Translations under genes and position numbers: made by a program
Notes under the pieces: model-generated
Told to the model about the DNA's origin: nothing
What the model saw: only the letters and a program-made list of their open reading frames with translations
The model's database searches: none
Source of the DNA: Octopus bimaculoides
Taxonomy: Eukaryota
Direction of reading: 5' to 3'
Assembly (NCBI RefSeq): GCF_001194135.2
Contig: NC_068981.1
Location: forward strand, 146,083,716-146,116,796
Length of the DNA stretch: 33,081 nt
Part shown: positions 10,591 to 22,374 of the stretch, in pieces
Numbering within the stretch: the first letter of the stretch is position 1
Layout: each line of letters begins with the position of its first letter

Positions 10591-12761
10591 ATGGTTCAGA
10601 AAAAATATACATACAACAAGAGAATCGACAAAACTGAGACATGGAGGGAGTGCATGAACAATGTATAGAAGACATTAGTATACCTCCAAACAGAAAGACA
10701 CTAGAAGAAATTAGCTCAGAACTAGCTACTCTCAGCGACAGAATTCTGGAAGTAATGTTACTTGCGGAAAGGAGAAGATTACCTTCATGAAAGAGACCGA
10801 AATTTGGGAAAGCGAATGAAGTTACCATGGAAATTCCAATTAAGGATATCACTGAATTAAATTCCTTGATGTATACCGCTGCTTATGTCATGACAGAAAA
10901 GATGGGCCTGTTTAGAGAAAAGAAAGTGGTAATATGAGGCTCAATGCAAGAGGTCAGAATAACATGAATAAGAATAGCACCTGATGGAGAAGGGCACGTT
11001 AAACAAAAGACTAAAACTAGTGCAGTTAACATTTAAAAAATATACGAGGAAAGATGTCTACAGTTTAAACAAAATCATCTGTTCAGAACAAATCAGAAGC
11101 TGTTCTACGATATTCAAGATGGAGGAAGTAAGGAAGATGCAGAGTTACCTAATCCCAAAGACGCAACTTTGTTTTGGAGAAGGATCTAGTCAGAGAATAT
11201 CATGCACATCAACAAGCCATCCTGGCTCCATAAAGTAGAATAAAAATTCAGACATGGAAATACAGGCGGTCAGTGTCATCATGTTGGAAGACATTCAAGC
11301 CAGAGTTGGTAAGATGAGAAATTGGAAGGCAGCTGGCCCGGACCTAGTTCAGGGTTTTGGGTTCAAGGTTTTGACGAACTTACATCCTAAACTACAAAAA
11401 AATCTCCTGCAAGGCTGTATACACCAAGGAATTGTACCATAATGGATGGTCAAAATTTATTGAAAAGGATCCATCATAGGGTAGCGAGGCCAGTAAGTAT
11501 CGTCCGATTGCTTGTTTACCAACGATGTGGAAACTTCTATCGGGGATAATAGGAAAGAAATTATACGATCACCTCGAAAGAAATGAACTGTTAACGGTTG
11601 AAAAGAAAGGCTACAGAAAGGGATGATGAGGGAGTAGGGATCGGTTACTGGTTGATTAGACAAATCTTAGAAACTGCTGAAGAAGGTTTACAAACCTATC
11701 AATGACTTTGATTGACTAAAAGTAGGCATATGATATGGTTTTCCATTCGTAGATTCTTAAATGCCTAGAGATGGTCGGGGCAGCGAAAAATTTGATTCAT
11801 TTGTTCAAAAATAGTATGAAAAACTGGAAGACAGTTTTGACTGCAGGTGGAAGAGAGGTTGGACAAGTTGACATCAAGAGAGGAATCTTTCAAGGAGACT
11901 CGGTACTGTTTATTGTTTGTATGTTGCTCTCTATGATTCTGAGAAAGATGGGAACTGGCTACAAACTGCAGAGAAACACGTGACCAATCAACCAGCTGAT
12001 GTTTATGGATAATTTAAAGCTTTACCGAGCTAGCAGTGGTCAGTTAGATTCCCTTATTCAGTCTACGAATTTTCTCTCAAGACATCCCGATAGTATTTGG
12101 TACACAGAAATGCGCTGTTATTGAACTAAGGAAAGGGAAAACGTAAAGAGCAGTAGATTACAACTTCCAAGTGGTGAGCAGGTAAGAGAAGTGAATGGAG
12201 AGACTTACAAGTATCTTGATGTTTTATAACTAGGCCAAATGCTGAACACCAAGATGGATGAAAAAATTTCTTCTGAAGATACCGGAAGAGTTAAAAAGTT
12301 AAGTAGATCTAACTAAATGGAGGGAACTTAGTTAGAGGCATCGACGCGTGGGCTGTAGGTGTAATACGTTACTATGCAGGTGTTGTGGAATGGACAAAGG
12401 AAGAATTTGTCAACATGGATAGAAAAAACTAGGAAAGTAATGACTAGTAACATAGAAAGGTTATATTTACCTAGGAAGGAAGGAGGAGAACTAGTTGGAA
12501 TAGAAGATAATCTTGTGAAGAAGATCAAGTTCTTGCACGCCTGTTTGAGGAATGGTAATGAAAGAATGGTGCAGGCTGCACTGAGTGAGAAGGTGATCAG
12601 TGGCAATGGTGAGTACAGGAGTACAGTATGAAGACTAATAGAGAAAAGATCAACTGGAAAGAAAAAGTTCTACACGGAGAGTTTTTACAACCGCGGATGA
12701 AGCTGATGAAGACTCCTAGAGATTGTTTAGACAGGGTTTTTTAAAGACGGAAACGGAAGGG
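10590..12761 (+). mobile_element. Decayed R4/Dong-clade non-LTR retrotransposon (reverse transcriptase region)
   Basis: Broken-frame motifs ITELNSLMYTAAYV, RNWKAAGPD, YRPIACLPTMWKLLSGII, AYDMVFH, DIKRGIFQGDS, LMFMDNLKLY, AWAVGVIRY, RLYLPRKEGG and FLKTETEG. Many stops and frameshifts. Starts directly after an (AAT)n(GAT)n array, and the 3' end is replaced by a SINE. Confidence 0.82.
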
Positions 12762-12762
12762 C

Positions 12763-12900
12763 AGGTAAGAAGTTTGCCACATGGTTCCGGATTCAGTCCC
12801 ACTGCGTGACACCTTGGGTAAGTGTCTTCTACTATAGCTTCGGGCCAACCAAAGTCTTGTGAGTGGATTTGGTAGACGGAAACTGAAAGAAACTCATCAT
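12763..12900 (+). mobile_element. SINE family 3, 5' part, running into (TA)n and an N-gap
   Basis: catggttccggattcagtcccactgcgtgacaccttgggtaagtgtcttctactatag...cttgtgagtggatttggtagacggaaactg. Related segments occur at 5850-5905, 17707-17795 and 26760-26830. Confidence 0.72.
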
Positions 12901-12997
12901 ATATATATATATATANNNNNNNNNNNNNNNNNNNNNNNNNNNNNNNNNNNNNNNNNNNNNNNNNNNNNNNNNNNNNNNNNNNNNNNNNNNNNNNNNN

Positions 12998-13053
<56 letters not shown>

Positions 13054-13139
13054 TGGGGGATATGTCTATCCAGAAAGATTGAAAGATCAAGGATAATCAG
13101 TAGGATATTGTTGTTAAACACAATATCCTATTGATCAGT

Positions 13140-13323
13140 TGAAGTGTTAGTATTTTTAAAGAAGGGGAATAATTATCCGAATGTTAAACCCTGGTATAAT
13201 TGAGAAGAGACTGAAAGCAGTCACAATCCTCTGAAGTGTTAGTATCATTAAAGAAGTGGCATTATTATCCGAATGTCAAACCCTGGTATTATTGAGAAGA
13301 GGTTGAAGGCAGTCGCAATCCTC
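13140..13323. repeat. 92-bp two-copy tandem duplication
   Basis: 13140-13231 vs 13232-13323, 11 mismatches and no indels. Confidence 0.92.
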
Positions 13324-16243
13324 ATGACGAAAAGTATTTGGGAATGATTTAAAAAGGATACAGTGAAATAGAAAAAAATATTACCAAGACAAATGTGCAC
13401 AGCAAGCAGAAAATAACACAACTAGACACTGTACGCATATGATATAGATGACTACCAGTACAGCAGAATACTCAAAACCAAAACAAAACTGCCTGTATTC
13501 AAGTCATAAAGAGTTGCACTTAATTGTGCAGCGAAAACACGCAATAAAAATAAGACAATTGAAAAAAGTTAATGATTTATCGGCCCCAAAAGCCGCATGT
13601 TTTGATAACATTTTACATAATGCATTACATCACTTCTTGTCCAAAGAAGTAATTAAGTCTTCAAAACATTGTATAGAAATTGCAATCAGCAACAAAATAT
13701 GAGATGAAAGTTGCGGTCTTGTTTGTTTTCTGGTTCAATATGACGTCTAGAGCCAGAACAATTATCGCTGTTATATAGTCACATAAACTGCATTATGATC
13801 GATATAAAACGTATTTAATACAATAAGAATTTGTTAATCAAACATGCCTTTATGTTATGATAAAAACTTATTAAGGAAATAATGAGTTTGATATTTTTCC
13901 CTGGTTAGTTATAACATCAAAATAACACAAAATTCAAGCGACAATACAAATCAATTTGCAGATTCATTCGACATATGAATATTGCAACCTGAATCGCTAC
14001 TCCACTGAACAGAAGTTTTGCGGTTGATCTATAGCTACTTACCATAATATAATTAATTATATATGATCACTCGCAAGTAGTGCCATTGCAGAAGACATGT
14101 TGTTCGAAAAGCGTTCGAAGTCACTTACTCGAAGAAGACAGGAAACTTGTATCTAATCAAGATAGCTACATGGTAGATAAGAACATCAAAATATGATGTT
14201 CGATATTTGAAACCTGAAAACGATCATAGTATAGACCAATTGAAGACCATTACTTATGTAATACTTATAGGTTCATGACGAGGTTATCGAAACACGACCA
14301 ATAGATATCTGTCGATAAAACACTAATCTCAATTAATTTCAAACATAATAATAATTGATGAGAGTACAAAATCAGTTTTGTGGCTAAATATCTTGCTTTA
14401 CAATCAAATAGTTCTTCTTTCAATACCATTGCACGGCATTTTGGGTGCCTTCTACCGTAGCTTCAAGATGACCATTGCATTGGATTGACTCAGATCTTGT
14501 AAGCAAAATAGACTGTATCTAATCTGTATTTCTTTTATATGGACTCTGAACTTGACAAACTGTCGCTGCTCAAGGATGTTAAGCCTAATATCCTGTTTAA
14601 CACCATTGGGTGTCTTTAGTTAAGTTTACTGTTATAAACATTCCAGCCAAGCTCTCACTCTTAGAATATGCTATCTGTAATGGTTTCTTCTCCTTTCCTC
14701 CACTAGTCTAGGAGGCCCAGAAAATGTAATAAAATCTATCCTTTTCTTTTGATGAAATGGTACATAACATACAGAGTACCACTCAATTTGAGAAATATCT
14801 GTGATTCGGTCACACTTAACACTCTACGCAGAACGGTTATATTTATTCATTGACCATGATACATACCTTTTAGTAAGTAAAGCTATGAATTACTGACTAA
14901 GTATTGCCGAGTAAGTATTGCTGAGTATATCGAGGTAGTAAATATTTTCAAATTTACAACAAAATGTGGAATAACAGACGCTTTTAGGAAACCTGTATTT
15001 AATAGTTCTGGAGAGGTAAGCGTAATCCAACGCCGGGTTAAAACACTACCAGGATTAAGTTTCATTGAATGATCCACTTCTTACGGAAATAACGGGAACA
15101 AGTTCCTTCGACAAAATTTCCTTTTCTATGAATGTCTGAACGTTAATCCCTTGAAGATGAGAACCAAGAAGAATGATCAGTAACATTCTTTTTCTCTCAC
15201 CACACCAGTAATAACTGCGTCCAATATGAAAAATAACGTAAAAATATCTGACATATGACATATACATTTATAAATGTAAGTTCTAAACTAAAAATTAACC
15301 TATATCTTACCAACGCAATATAATATAGTTTGATGTACCGCAACCAGGGAAAATCAAGACAACTTTGGTTTATTGAAAGTTGATTAAATTAGCTTGGCAT
15401 TTAGTTGTTGTAACAGAAAATATTTGCTTCTTGCGTCAAAACCTTTTTAACATCCATCCTTTATGTCATTTAATTAATATTGAACATAAAATACAGAATG
15501 TGATGAAACTAGGAAACATTATTTCCTTACATAGGCACAAGACTAAACATGTATATTTAAGGGTAATGCGTTTATGTTATGTTCAAACATTTTCCGGAGG
15601 CAATATTTCAAATTAAGGGAATATAGCTGTCATTTGCACTTATTGGCATCCCCCAACGGCACTAGAATATAATATTTATCAGCTAAAAACTATCAATAAA
15701 GGAAATAAACCAAGCAAGCATTTTTAACTTCCTATAGATATTGATCATTTAAACAGGCTTATGTTTCGATCAAAGCTGCTTATATGCTTAGATGTTTTAC
15801 ATTTATAAACATCAAAGCTTATTCTAAAATAAATATTTATTGCCCAAGGTGTTGTATAGAAAATCGTTAGCTGCCATTTTATTTCCATTGAAAATTACCA
15901 ATGCCATTTATTTATGTTATGCTATTCGTAGAAAGAGTAGACAAACCTAATAGAATTAAAATGTAGGTTCGATAGTTAAAGCTTGAAATATATTTTTCAA
16001 TGATGAAATCAAATGTATTTCGATATAGAAAAGCTTATAGTGTAAGTGGACATTATTGCATTGTTTGGCTTTGAACACAGAACAAAGCAATAGTATTTGT
16101 ATGAAATATGCAAATGACGAAAAGCAAAACTGATGACTCGATAAAAAAAAAAAACCGTACCCAGCTAATCAACTGGTTGCTATGTAGGAATGTAAATAAT
16201 TGTCAATGAATTTAACTAAATACACTTCCATTACATGCATACA

Positions 16244-16299
<56 letters not shown>

Positions 16300-16660
16300 T
16301 GTGTATGTGTCTGTGTGTGTGTGTGTATACACATCGCAGTCAGGCTTACTGAAAAACTTGCATCTATACATTGATATGTGCATATACGTATTTACCAAAA
16401 CGAAATTTTTTAAATAAAAGTTATGTATAGATAAATAATAGTAACAGCAGAAGAAAACGTAATTTGAACCGAAGTCGTGATTTACATCATTACTATAAAT
16501 GGAACATCATCAGTATTTACAAGTGACGTAAACAGTTTAAATGTGATGTGTCTCAATTTTATGAATTTCTAACAAACGTATCGAGACGATGCAACTTTAA
16601 TTATAATAAATGTCCTTTATTTAAATATAAAAATCATATATTTATGTTTATCCTTTATAA

Positions 16661-16848
16661 GATGGTGAGCTGGCAGAATAATATTGTTCGTCTTCACGTT
16701 CTGAGTTCAAATTCTGCCGAGGTCGACTATGCCTTTCATCCTTTCGGGGTCGATAAATTAAGAAACAGTTGAACACAGAGATCGATGTTATCATGAAGTA
16801 CCCTTCCTCAAATTTCAGAGCTTGTGCTAATAGTAGAACGGATTATTA
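16661..16848 (+). mobile_element. SINE family 1 with a deletion in the head
   Basis: ggtgagctggcagaat...gagttcaaattctgccgaggtcgactatgcctttcatcctttcggggtcgataaa. Confidence 0.8.
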
Positions 16849-16988
16849 ACGTCGTTTATTATTGTGGATTTAATTAAACATTATTACTTAACTAACAAAA
16901 TTGATTTTTTCTCACAAGCTCTGTCAGTTTAAATTTTTAAAGTGAAGGAGAGAGAAATATGATGAATTGAACTGGAATGCAAATAGAA

Positions 16989-17230
16989 TGATAGCTAGTA
17001 ACAGCAACACTGAATAGTTGGTAACAATACTGAAAAGCTTAGTACTAACTAGATGGTAAGAACACTGAGTAGCTAGTAACAACTTCGAATAGGGGCTAAC
17101 AGTATTAAATTGCTGGTAATAGCACTAAATAGCTGGTAATAATATTAAATAGCTGCTAACAACGGCGCTAAATAGCTTTTAAGTACACTGCATAGTCATT
17201 AAAATATTGGATAACAACAGTGCTGAATAT
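16989..17230. repeat. Degenerate minisatellite, unit about 20 bp (approx. AATAGCTGGTAACAACACTG)
   Basis: Recurrent atagctggtaa / tagctagtaac motifs at about 20-nt spacing. Confidence 0.7.
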
Positions 17231-17429
17231 TTTGTAGTAACTGATGAAAGAATGGATCATTAGTGTGTTTAAAAGTTGCTTGCTGCGTGGCTGTAAATCT
17301 TTCTGGATTTGAAAGTGTGTTCCAAATGTTTAAGGACAGTGGGGACAACTTAAAAGTGTAAAAATATCCAAAAACATATAGAGCCGTATGATAAACTTCG
17401 TATTCGTCTTAATATCGATTTTAAATAAT

Positions 17430-17644
17430 TATTTCTACTCTAGGCACATGGTCTTGAAAATTTTGGTGGGAAGGGGGCTAGTCGATTATATCGACGCCAG
17501 TATATAACTGGTACTTATTTTATCGACCCCGAAGGATGAAAGGCAAAGTCGACCTCAGCGGAAGTTGAACTCAGAACGTAGCGGCAGACGAAATACCGCT
17601 AAGCATTTCGCCCGGCTTGCTAACGGTTCTGCCAGCTCGCCGCC
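17430..17644 (-). mobile_element. SINE family 1, full length
   Basis: Complete head, core and tail in reverse orientation. Confidence 0.85.
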
Positions 17645-18504
17645 CTACTATCGACTTTAAATAATGTATGACAGAAAGTATATGATTATAAAAGAAAAAT
17701 GAAATAGTAGGCATGGCTGTGTGGTTAAGAAGCACCCACGTGATTCCAGTTTCAGTCTCACTGCGTAGTACCTTGGACAAGCGTCTTCCACTACCGTTAA
17801 GAGTACAAATATTTCTGATGTGGATACTGCCTACGTTGCTACAGCTGTTTAATTACAATTATGTGTCAATATGTTGTTAGACTACCAACACAAACTCCAC
17901 GAATACAAATTCAGTGTAGATGGTTCCTTGCGCATCTGGGGCCGGCACTTAATTCTATGTGAATTCTCAGTTCACTATGTCATCAAGACTACACATCAAC
18001 CTGTCTGCCAATGTTAACCTCGAAACTAAGGGACCATTTCTTCGCTTAAGTTTACATATGCTGTCTTTATATTATTGAATTTGGGTCGATGAAGTCGACT
18101 AGCTCCCGTCCTCCAAAATGTTAGGCCTTGTGCCTATAAAGGAAGGATTCCGTCTCTATTAATAGTTTTATGGAAATCTAAGATTGGTGAACGGGATTGC
18201 CGTATAGTAAAAATAGATTTCTTTAATGCAAATGTTCATGCTAGAAAGCAATGCTTTTCTTAAGGGAAAAAACTAAAAAGAAAAGAATAAAATGAGAACT
18301 TGTAATTAATGCTTAGTCTTAGCTAAATAGAGATTAATTTAGACCATACATTACCATATTACGAATATTTATTTTGTTCATCCAAACAAAAAAGGAAAAA
18401 TCAGCTCAGAACTCAAGTGTTAACTCAGAATATATGTCATACATGCGTTTGTGTGTATGTGTATGTGTGCATGTGTTTGGCCATGTATATATATATATAT
18501 ATAT

Positions 18505-18786
18505 AACAAATTAAAAAGGGTGGCTTATTAGCAATTAGAATCTTAAAGCAAAATTAATAGGTGTCACAAAAGTGACAGAGGGTACTGATTAGCACCACTT
18601 TTGCTAAAAATAAGAGTTAAAACAACTCAAGAGACATTAAGACAGTAGTTTTGTGGCCTTTGAGTTCCTTTAACTCTTATTTTTTAGCAAAAGCGATGCT
18701 AGTTAGTACTCTCTATCACTTTTGAAACCTCTATTAATTTTAACTTTAGGTTCTAATTGTTAATAAGCCACCTTTTTTAATTTGTT
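18505..18786. repeat. Fold-back palindromic element (about 125-bp imperfect arms, about 29-nt loop)
   Basis: aacaaattaaaaagggtggcttatt... pairs with ...aataagccaccttttttaatttgtt along the whole length. The left end abuts (TA)n. Confidence 0.88.
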
Positions 18787-18847
18787 GTTTACACTTTTAC
18801 CGTTTTAAAATCAGCATATATTTTCAGTGGTTTTTCTTAGGCGTTAA

Positions 18848-18905
18848 GAGTCGCTGATGAGGATTAAGATGGTCTACATCAAAATTCGAAATCACGATCC
18901 CACTA
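18848..18905 (+). ncRNA. Minimal type I hammerhead ribozyme motif (probably degenerate)
   Basis: GAGUCG-CUGAUGA-[GGAUU aa GAUG gucua CAUC aa AAUUC]-GAAA-UC ac GA-UC-CCACUA. Core is intact, stem II is 5+4 bp, stem III is A-U/U-A/C-G, the cleavage triplet is AUC, and stem I has a C.C mismatch at its second pair. Confidence 0.55.
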
Positions 18906-18935
18906 TGTACGCTAGGGACTCACCTCTCTTTGTCA

Positions 18936-19021
18936 GTCATTAAGACAGTGTTTTTGTGGTTTTTGAGTTGTTTTTAGCAAAAGCGATGCTAGATAGTACT
19001 CTCTGTTACTTTTGTGACCTC
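18936..19021 (+). repeat. Partial direct copy of the loop and right arm of the 18505-18786 palindrome
   Basis: cattaagacagt...ttgagtt...tttagcaaaagcgatgctag.tagtactctct matches 18635-18725 with a short internal deletion. Lies about 30 nt downstream of the hammerhead motif. Confidence 0.8.
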
Positions 19022-19038
19022 CCCACTCTGTCTCTCTC

Positions 19039-19073
<35 letters not shown>

Positions 19074-19214
19074 NNNNNNNNNNNNNNNNNNNNNNNNNNN
19101 NNNNNNNNNNNNNNNNNNNNNNNNNNNNNNNNNNNNNNNNNNNNNNNNNNNNNNNNNNNNNNNNNNNNNNNNNNNNNNNNNNNNNNNNNNNNNNNNNNNN
19201 NNNNNNNNNNNNNN

Positions 19215-19273
<59 letters not shown>

Positions 19274-19469
19274 CATATATATATATAATTGTTAAAGAGG
19301 ACAACAAACATTAAGGCAAGGCAAACATCTCAAGTCGTATACAATATTATCATTGGAAACAATTCAAAGTCTTACAGCTGTTTCTGAGATATCCCGGAAT
19401 AAGCCTTTACAGCACTTACCTAGCGTACCTAATCGTTGAGATCACTTGTGAACTAAACCTCCATATTTT

Positions 19470-19550
<81 letters not shown>

Positions 19551-20303
19551 AATCGTAAGATACATTGATTTTTTAAATTGCACTATTGTTTCTCTTTTAA
19601 TAACTTTCTCCTACCTCTGTTTATACTTTATCTAATAAGAATAATATAATACACCTAATAATAATAATAATAATTGATTCCTTTGTATGCATACACATTT
19701 TAATATATGTATATGTTTATGTATATTTATGTATATGTGTGTATATGCAAAAGTATGTATATATGTATGTATTTATATTTATAACTTAACCTTATGAACT
19801 TTCTAAACTCTCTAACGAAGCCCAGAGACACACCGAAGTACCTTAATCATATCTACCAAATACTTCAGTTCACTGGAGGGATAAAAGTAGGATGGGGTAC
19901 TATGGCCTCTTGTCTGAAACAGCAGTAAGATTTTATCCTACTTTCTATGTTCTACGTTATATATTTTAATAATTACTGGTATTTTTATATTTTATATTTT
20001 ATATATTATATATGTAAAGCATAATTTATACATGTATATATATTGCTATAACTGTCCTTTTTAAAAATAAATAAATAGACATAATATAATGTCTATAAGT
20101 TGATGAATGCCAACTCTTGATCCCCTTCATTCTCTTATTGCTATATACACACACACATACATACGTGTGTGTGTGTGAATAAATATATGTATTGATATTT
20201 TAATGTTTGTTTTTATGCATTGTTAGTTATAAAATAGTCAAATATTAATTAAAGGATCACTAAGTACATTATAGTAGAGTATCATATTCACAAGAAAAAG
20301 GTT

Positions 20304-20349
20304 GACTGTGACTACGAAGTTTCGGTTCAGTTGACTTCGTCAGATAGTC
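20304..20349 (-). ncRNA. Minimal type I hammerhead ribozyme motif (probably degenerate)
   Basis: Minus strand GACUAU-CUGACGA-AGUCAACUGAACC-GAAA-CUUCGUAGU-C-ACAGUC. Core is intact, stem III is near-palindromic (ACUUCGUAGU), the cleavage triplet is GUC, stem I has 5 of 6 pairs, and stem II is imperfect. Confidence 0.5.
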
Positions 20350-21419
20350 TGAAGAAAGCAAGTAAGCTAAAATTATCAAACTGACACACATATTTATAAC
20401 ATTTATATATATGCGTCTATATATATGCGTCTATATATATGTACATATGTGTACATATGTACGTACGTGTGTGCGTATGTGCGTACCTGTGTGCGCGCGC
20501 GTGAGTATGTTTGTGTAACACACAAGCTTCCATTCATGCATTTTTGGTTCTTTGGTTAAATAGTTTTGGAAAAAAATCTGTTTATATATTGAAGTGCCCA
20601 TATATATCTTTAAACGGCATAACTGGTTAGTACAGTCAGTGTAAGTGCTATGTTTCCGGAACTTTCACCCACTCATTCAGCCATTTTCCTATTAGTGGTA
20701 ATAAAGTTGTGTATCAATGTGTTAATGCAGGGGTGGACAAAAATCAATATATGTGCATGTGTGTATATGTGCATGTGTGTATATGTGCATGTGTGTATCT
20801 GTGTCTGTGTGTGCATATTTGTGTGTTTTGCGCGGTTAATATCTTTCCTGAACTTTCACTCACACAAACAACCAATTTCTATCAGTAGTGCTAAAGTAGT
20901 GTGACTGAGAGTGGATAGAAATTTTACATACATATATATGCATTGATACCTACATACATTCGTACACGAAAACATACATATATGTGTATGTATATGCACA
21001 TGCATATATTTATATACATATCTAAATATTAAATGAATAACAACATACGATGGATAATTGTCTGCTGCTCATTACGTTTGTTTCTTACGTAACTTTTAAT
21101 TGAAGAATGAGAACATTACATCATTATAAAAAACCGTAATCATCAGATGAGGAGTAATTTTACAAAATATAGGATTTTTCTACCTACTTAATAATCTTTG
21201 CAACCAAGTGAATAATTTCTGCAAGCAATTTTATAATAAAAAATTATATAAAAAGAATTGAAAATAAATTTATTCAAGAATTATTTCTCGCTTTGCAGAA
21301 CTTTCTCTCCTTCTCGAGCGTCAAACTAATACACCTTTTTGTTTTTTATACACCAGTCTTCGTCTTATGTTTTTCTATAATTTTCAACTATATATATATA
21401 TATATATCATGTCACGCTA

Positions 21420-21678
21420 CAATGTAACCGTTCAGGCTATCAGATGTTGTTAGGCATCGCTGGACGCAATGTGTTTAGTATTGTTTTAGTCTTCAAATGA
21501 CACCACCCCGCTGGCTAGGCGAGCAGGTTGTCATTTCCACCCTGATCGAAAGGGGGACTAGAGCAACGTGAAGTGAAATATTTTGCTCAAGAACACAACT
21601 CGCCGCCCAATCAGGGAACCGAACACAAGATATAGCGATCGTGAGTGCAACAGCCTAACCACTAGGCCACGCACCTTC
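21420..21678 (-). mobile_element. SINE family 2 (CORE-like)
   Basis: Minus strand gaaggtgcgtggcctagtggttagg...tgtgttcttgagcaaaatatttcacttcacgttgctc. Head and core match 7852-7980. Confidence 0.7.
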
Positions 21679-21751
21679 ACACACACACTCACACACACAC
21701 ACGTATGTATATATACAAATATACACATATATATACATTATATATATATAC

Positions 21752-21782
<31 letters not shown>

Positions 21783-21789
<7 letters not shown>

Positions 21790-22177
21790 AGGAGATTCGT
21801 TATGGGTATAAGAATATACCATAAACAAGTATAAAAAAACGGAGAGAAGATGTTGAAACAGAAATAGATTTATTATAAAACTGGATTCAATGCATACGTA
21901 CGTTTCGAAAAACAATGCAAAAAATTTAAGAAAAAATTTTAAAATGATAGTAATTAAAAATATAATTGAAAATAGACAATTAAAAACTTATTTATTTTCA
22001 ATTATACTTTTAATCACAATGATTTTAAATATTTTTCTTAAATTTTTTGCATTGTTTTTCGAAACGTACGTATGCATTGAATCCAGTTTTATAATAAATC
22101 TATTTCTGTTTCAACATCTTATCTCCGTTTTTTTTTAATACTTGTTTATGGTATCTATAACGAATCTCCTCAAATAT
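21783..22177. repeat. 395-bp fold-back palindrome (about 190-bp arms, 18-nt loop)
   Basis: 89 bp of perfect complementarity (21847-21935 vs 22032-22120). Inner and outer parts have a few mismatches and one indel of about 10 nt. The left end abuts (TA)n. Confidence 0.93.
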
Positions 22178-22330
22178 TATTTTCATATTCTTATTACCTG
22201 CTTCAGCTGTTCTTCATGAATACGACGAATCCTTATTAGAAATCACCTTTTCTCTCTTCTTGGATCCCCCAGAAAGTTTGAATTGTTCTTTTTGAAATTA
22301 CCNNNNNNNNNNTATATATATATATATATG

Positions 22331-22362
<32 letters not shown>

Positions 22363-22374
22363 TGTGTATGTATG

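Noticed and set aside
14270-14310. ATGACGAGGTTATCGAAACACGAC as a hammerhead variant
   Set aside because: C3 is changed, the cleavage-site U is missing and there is no stem I pairing.
15085-15214. Possible minus-strand exon (acgcag|...|GTAAGA) encoding MLLIILLGSHLQGINV...
   Set aside because: The splice signals are plausible but there is no recognisable homology. It could be a UTR exon or chance, and cannot be supported without transcripts.
13140-17230. Tandem repeats as CRISPR-like arrays
   Set aside because: No unique spacers between conserved repeats, and the context is eukaryotic.
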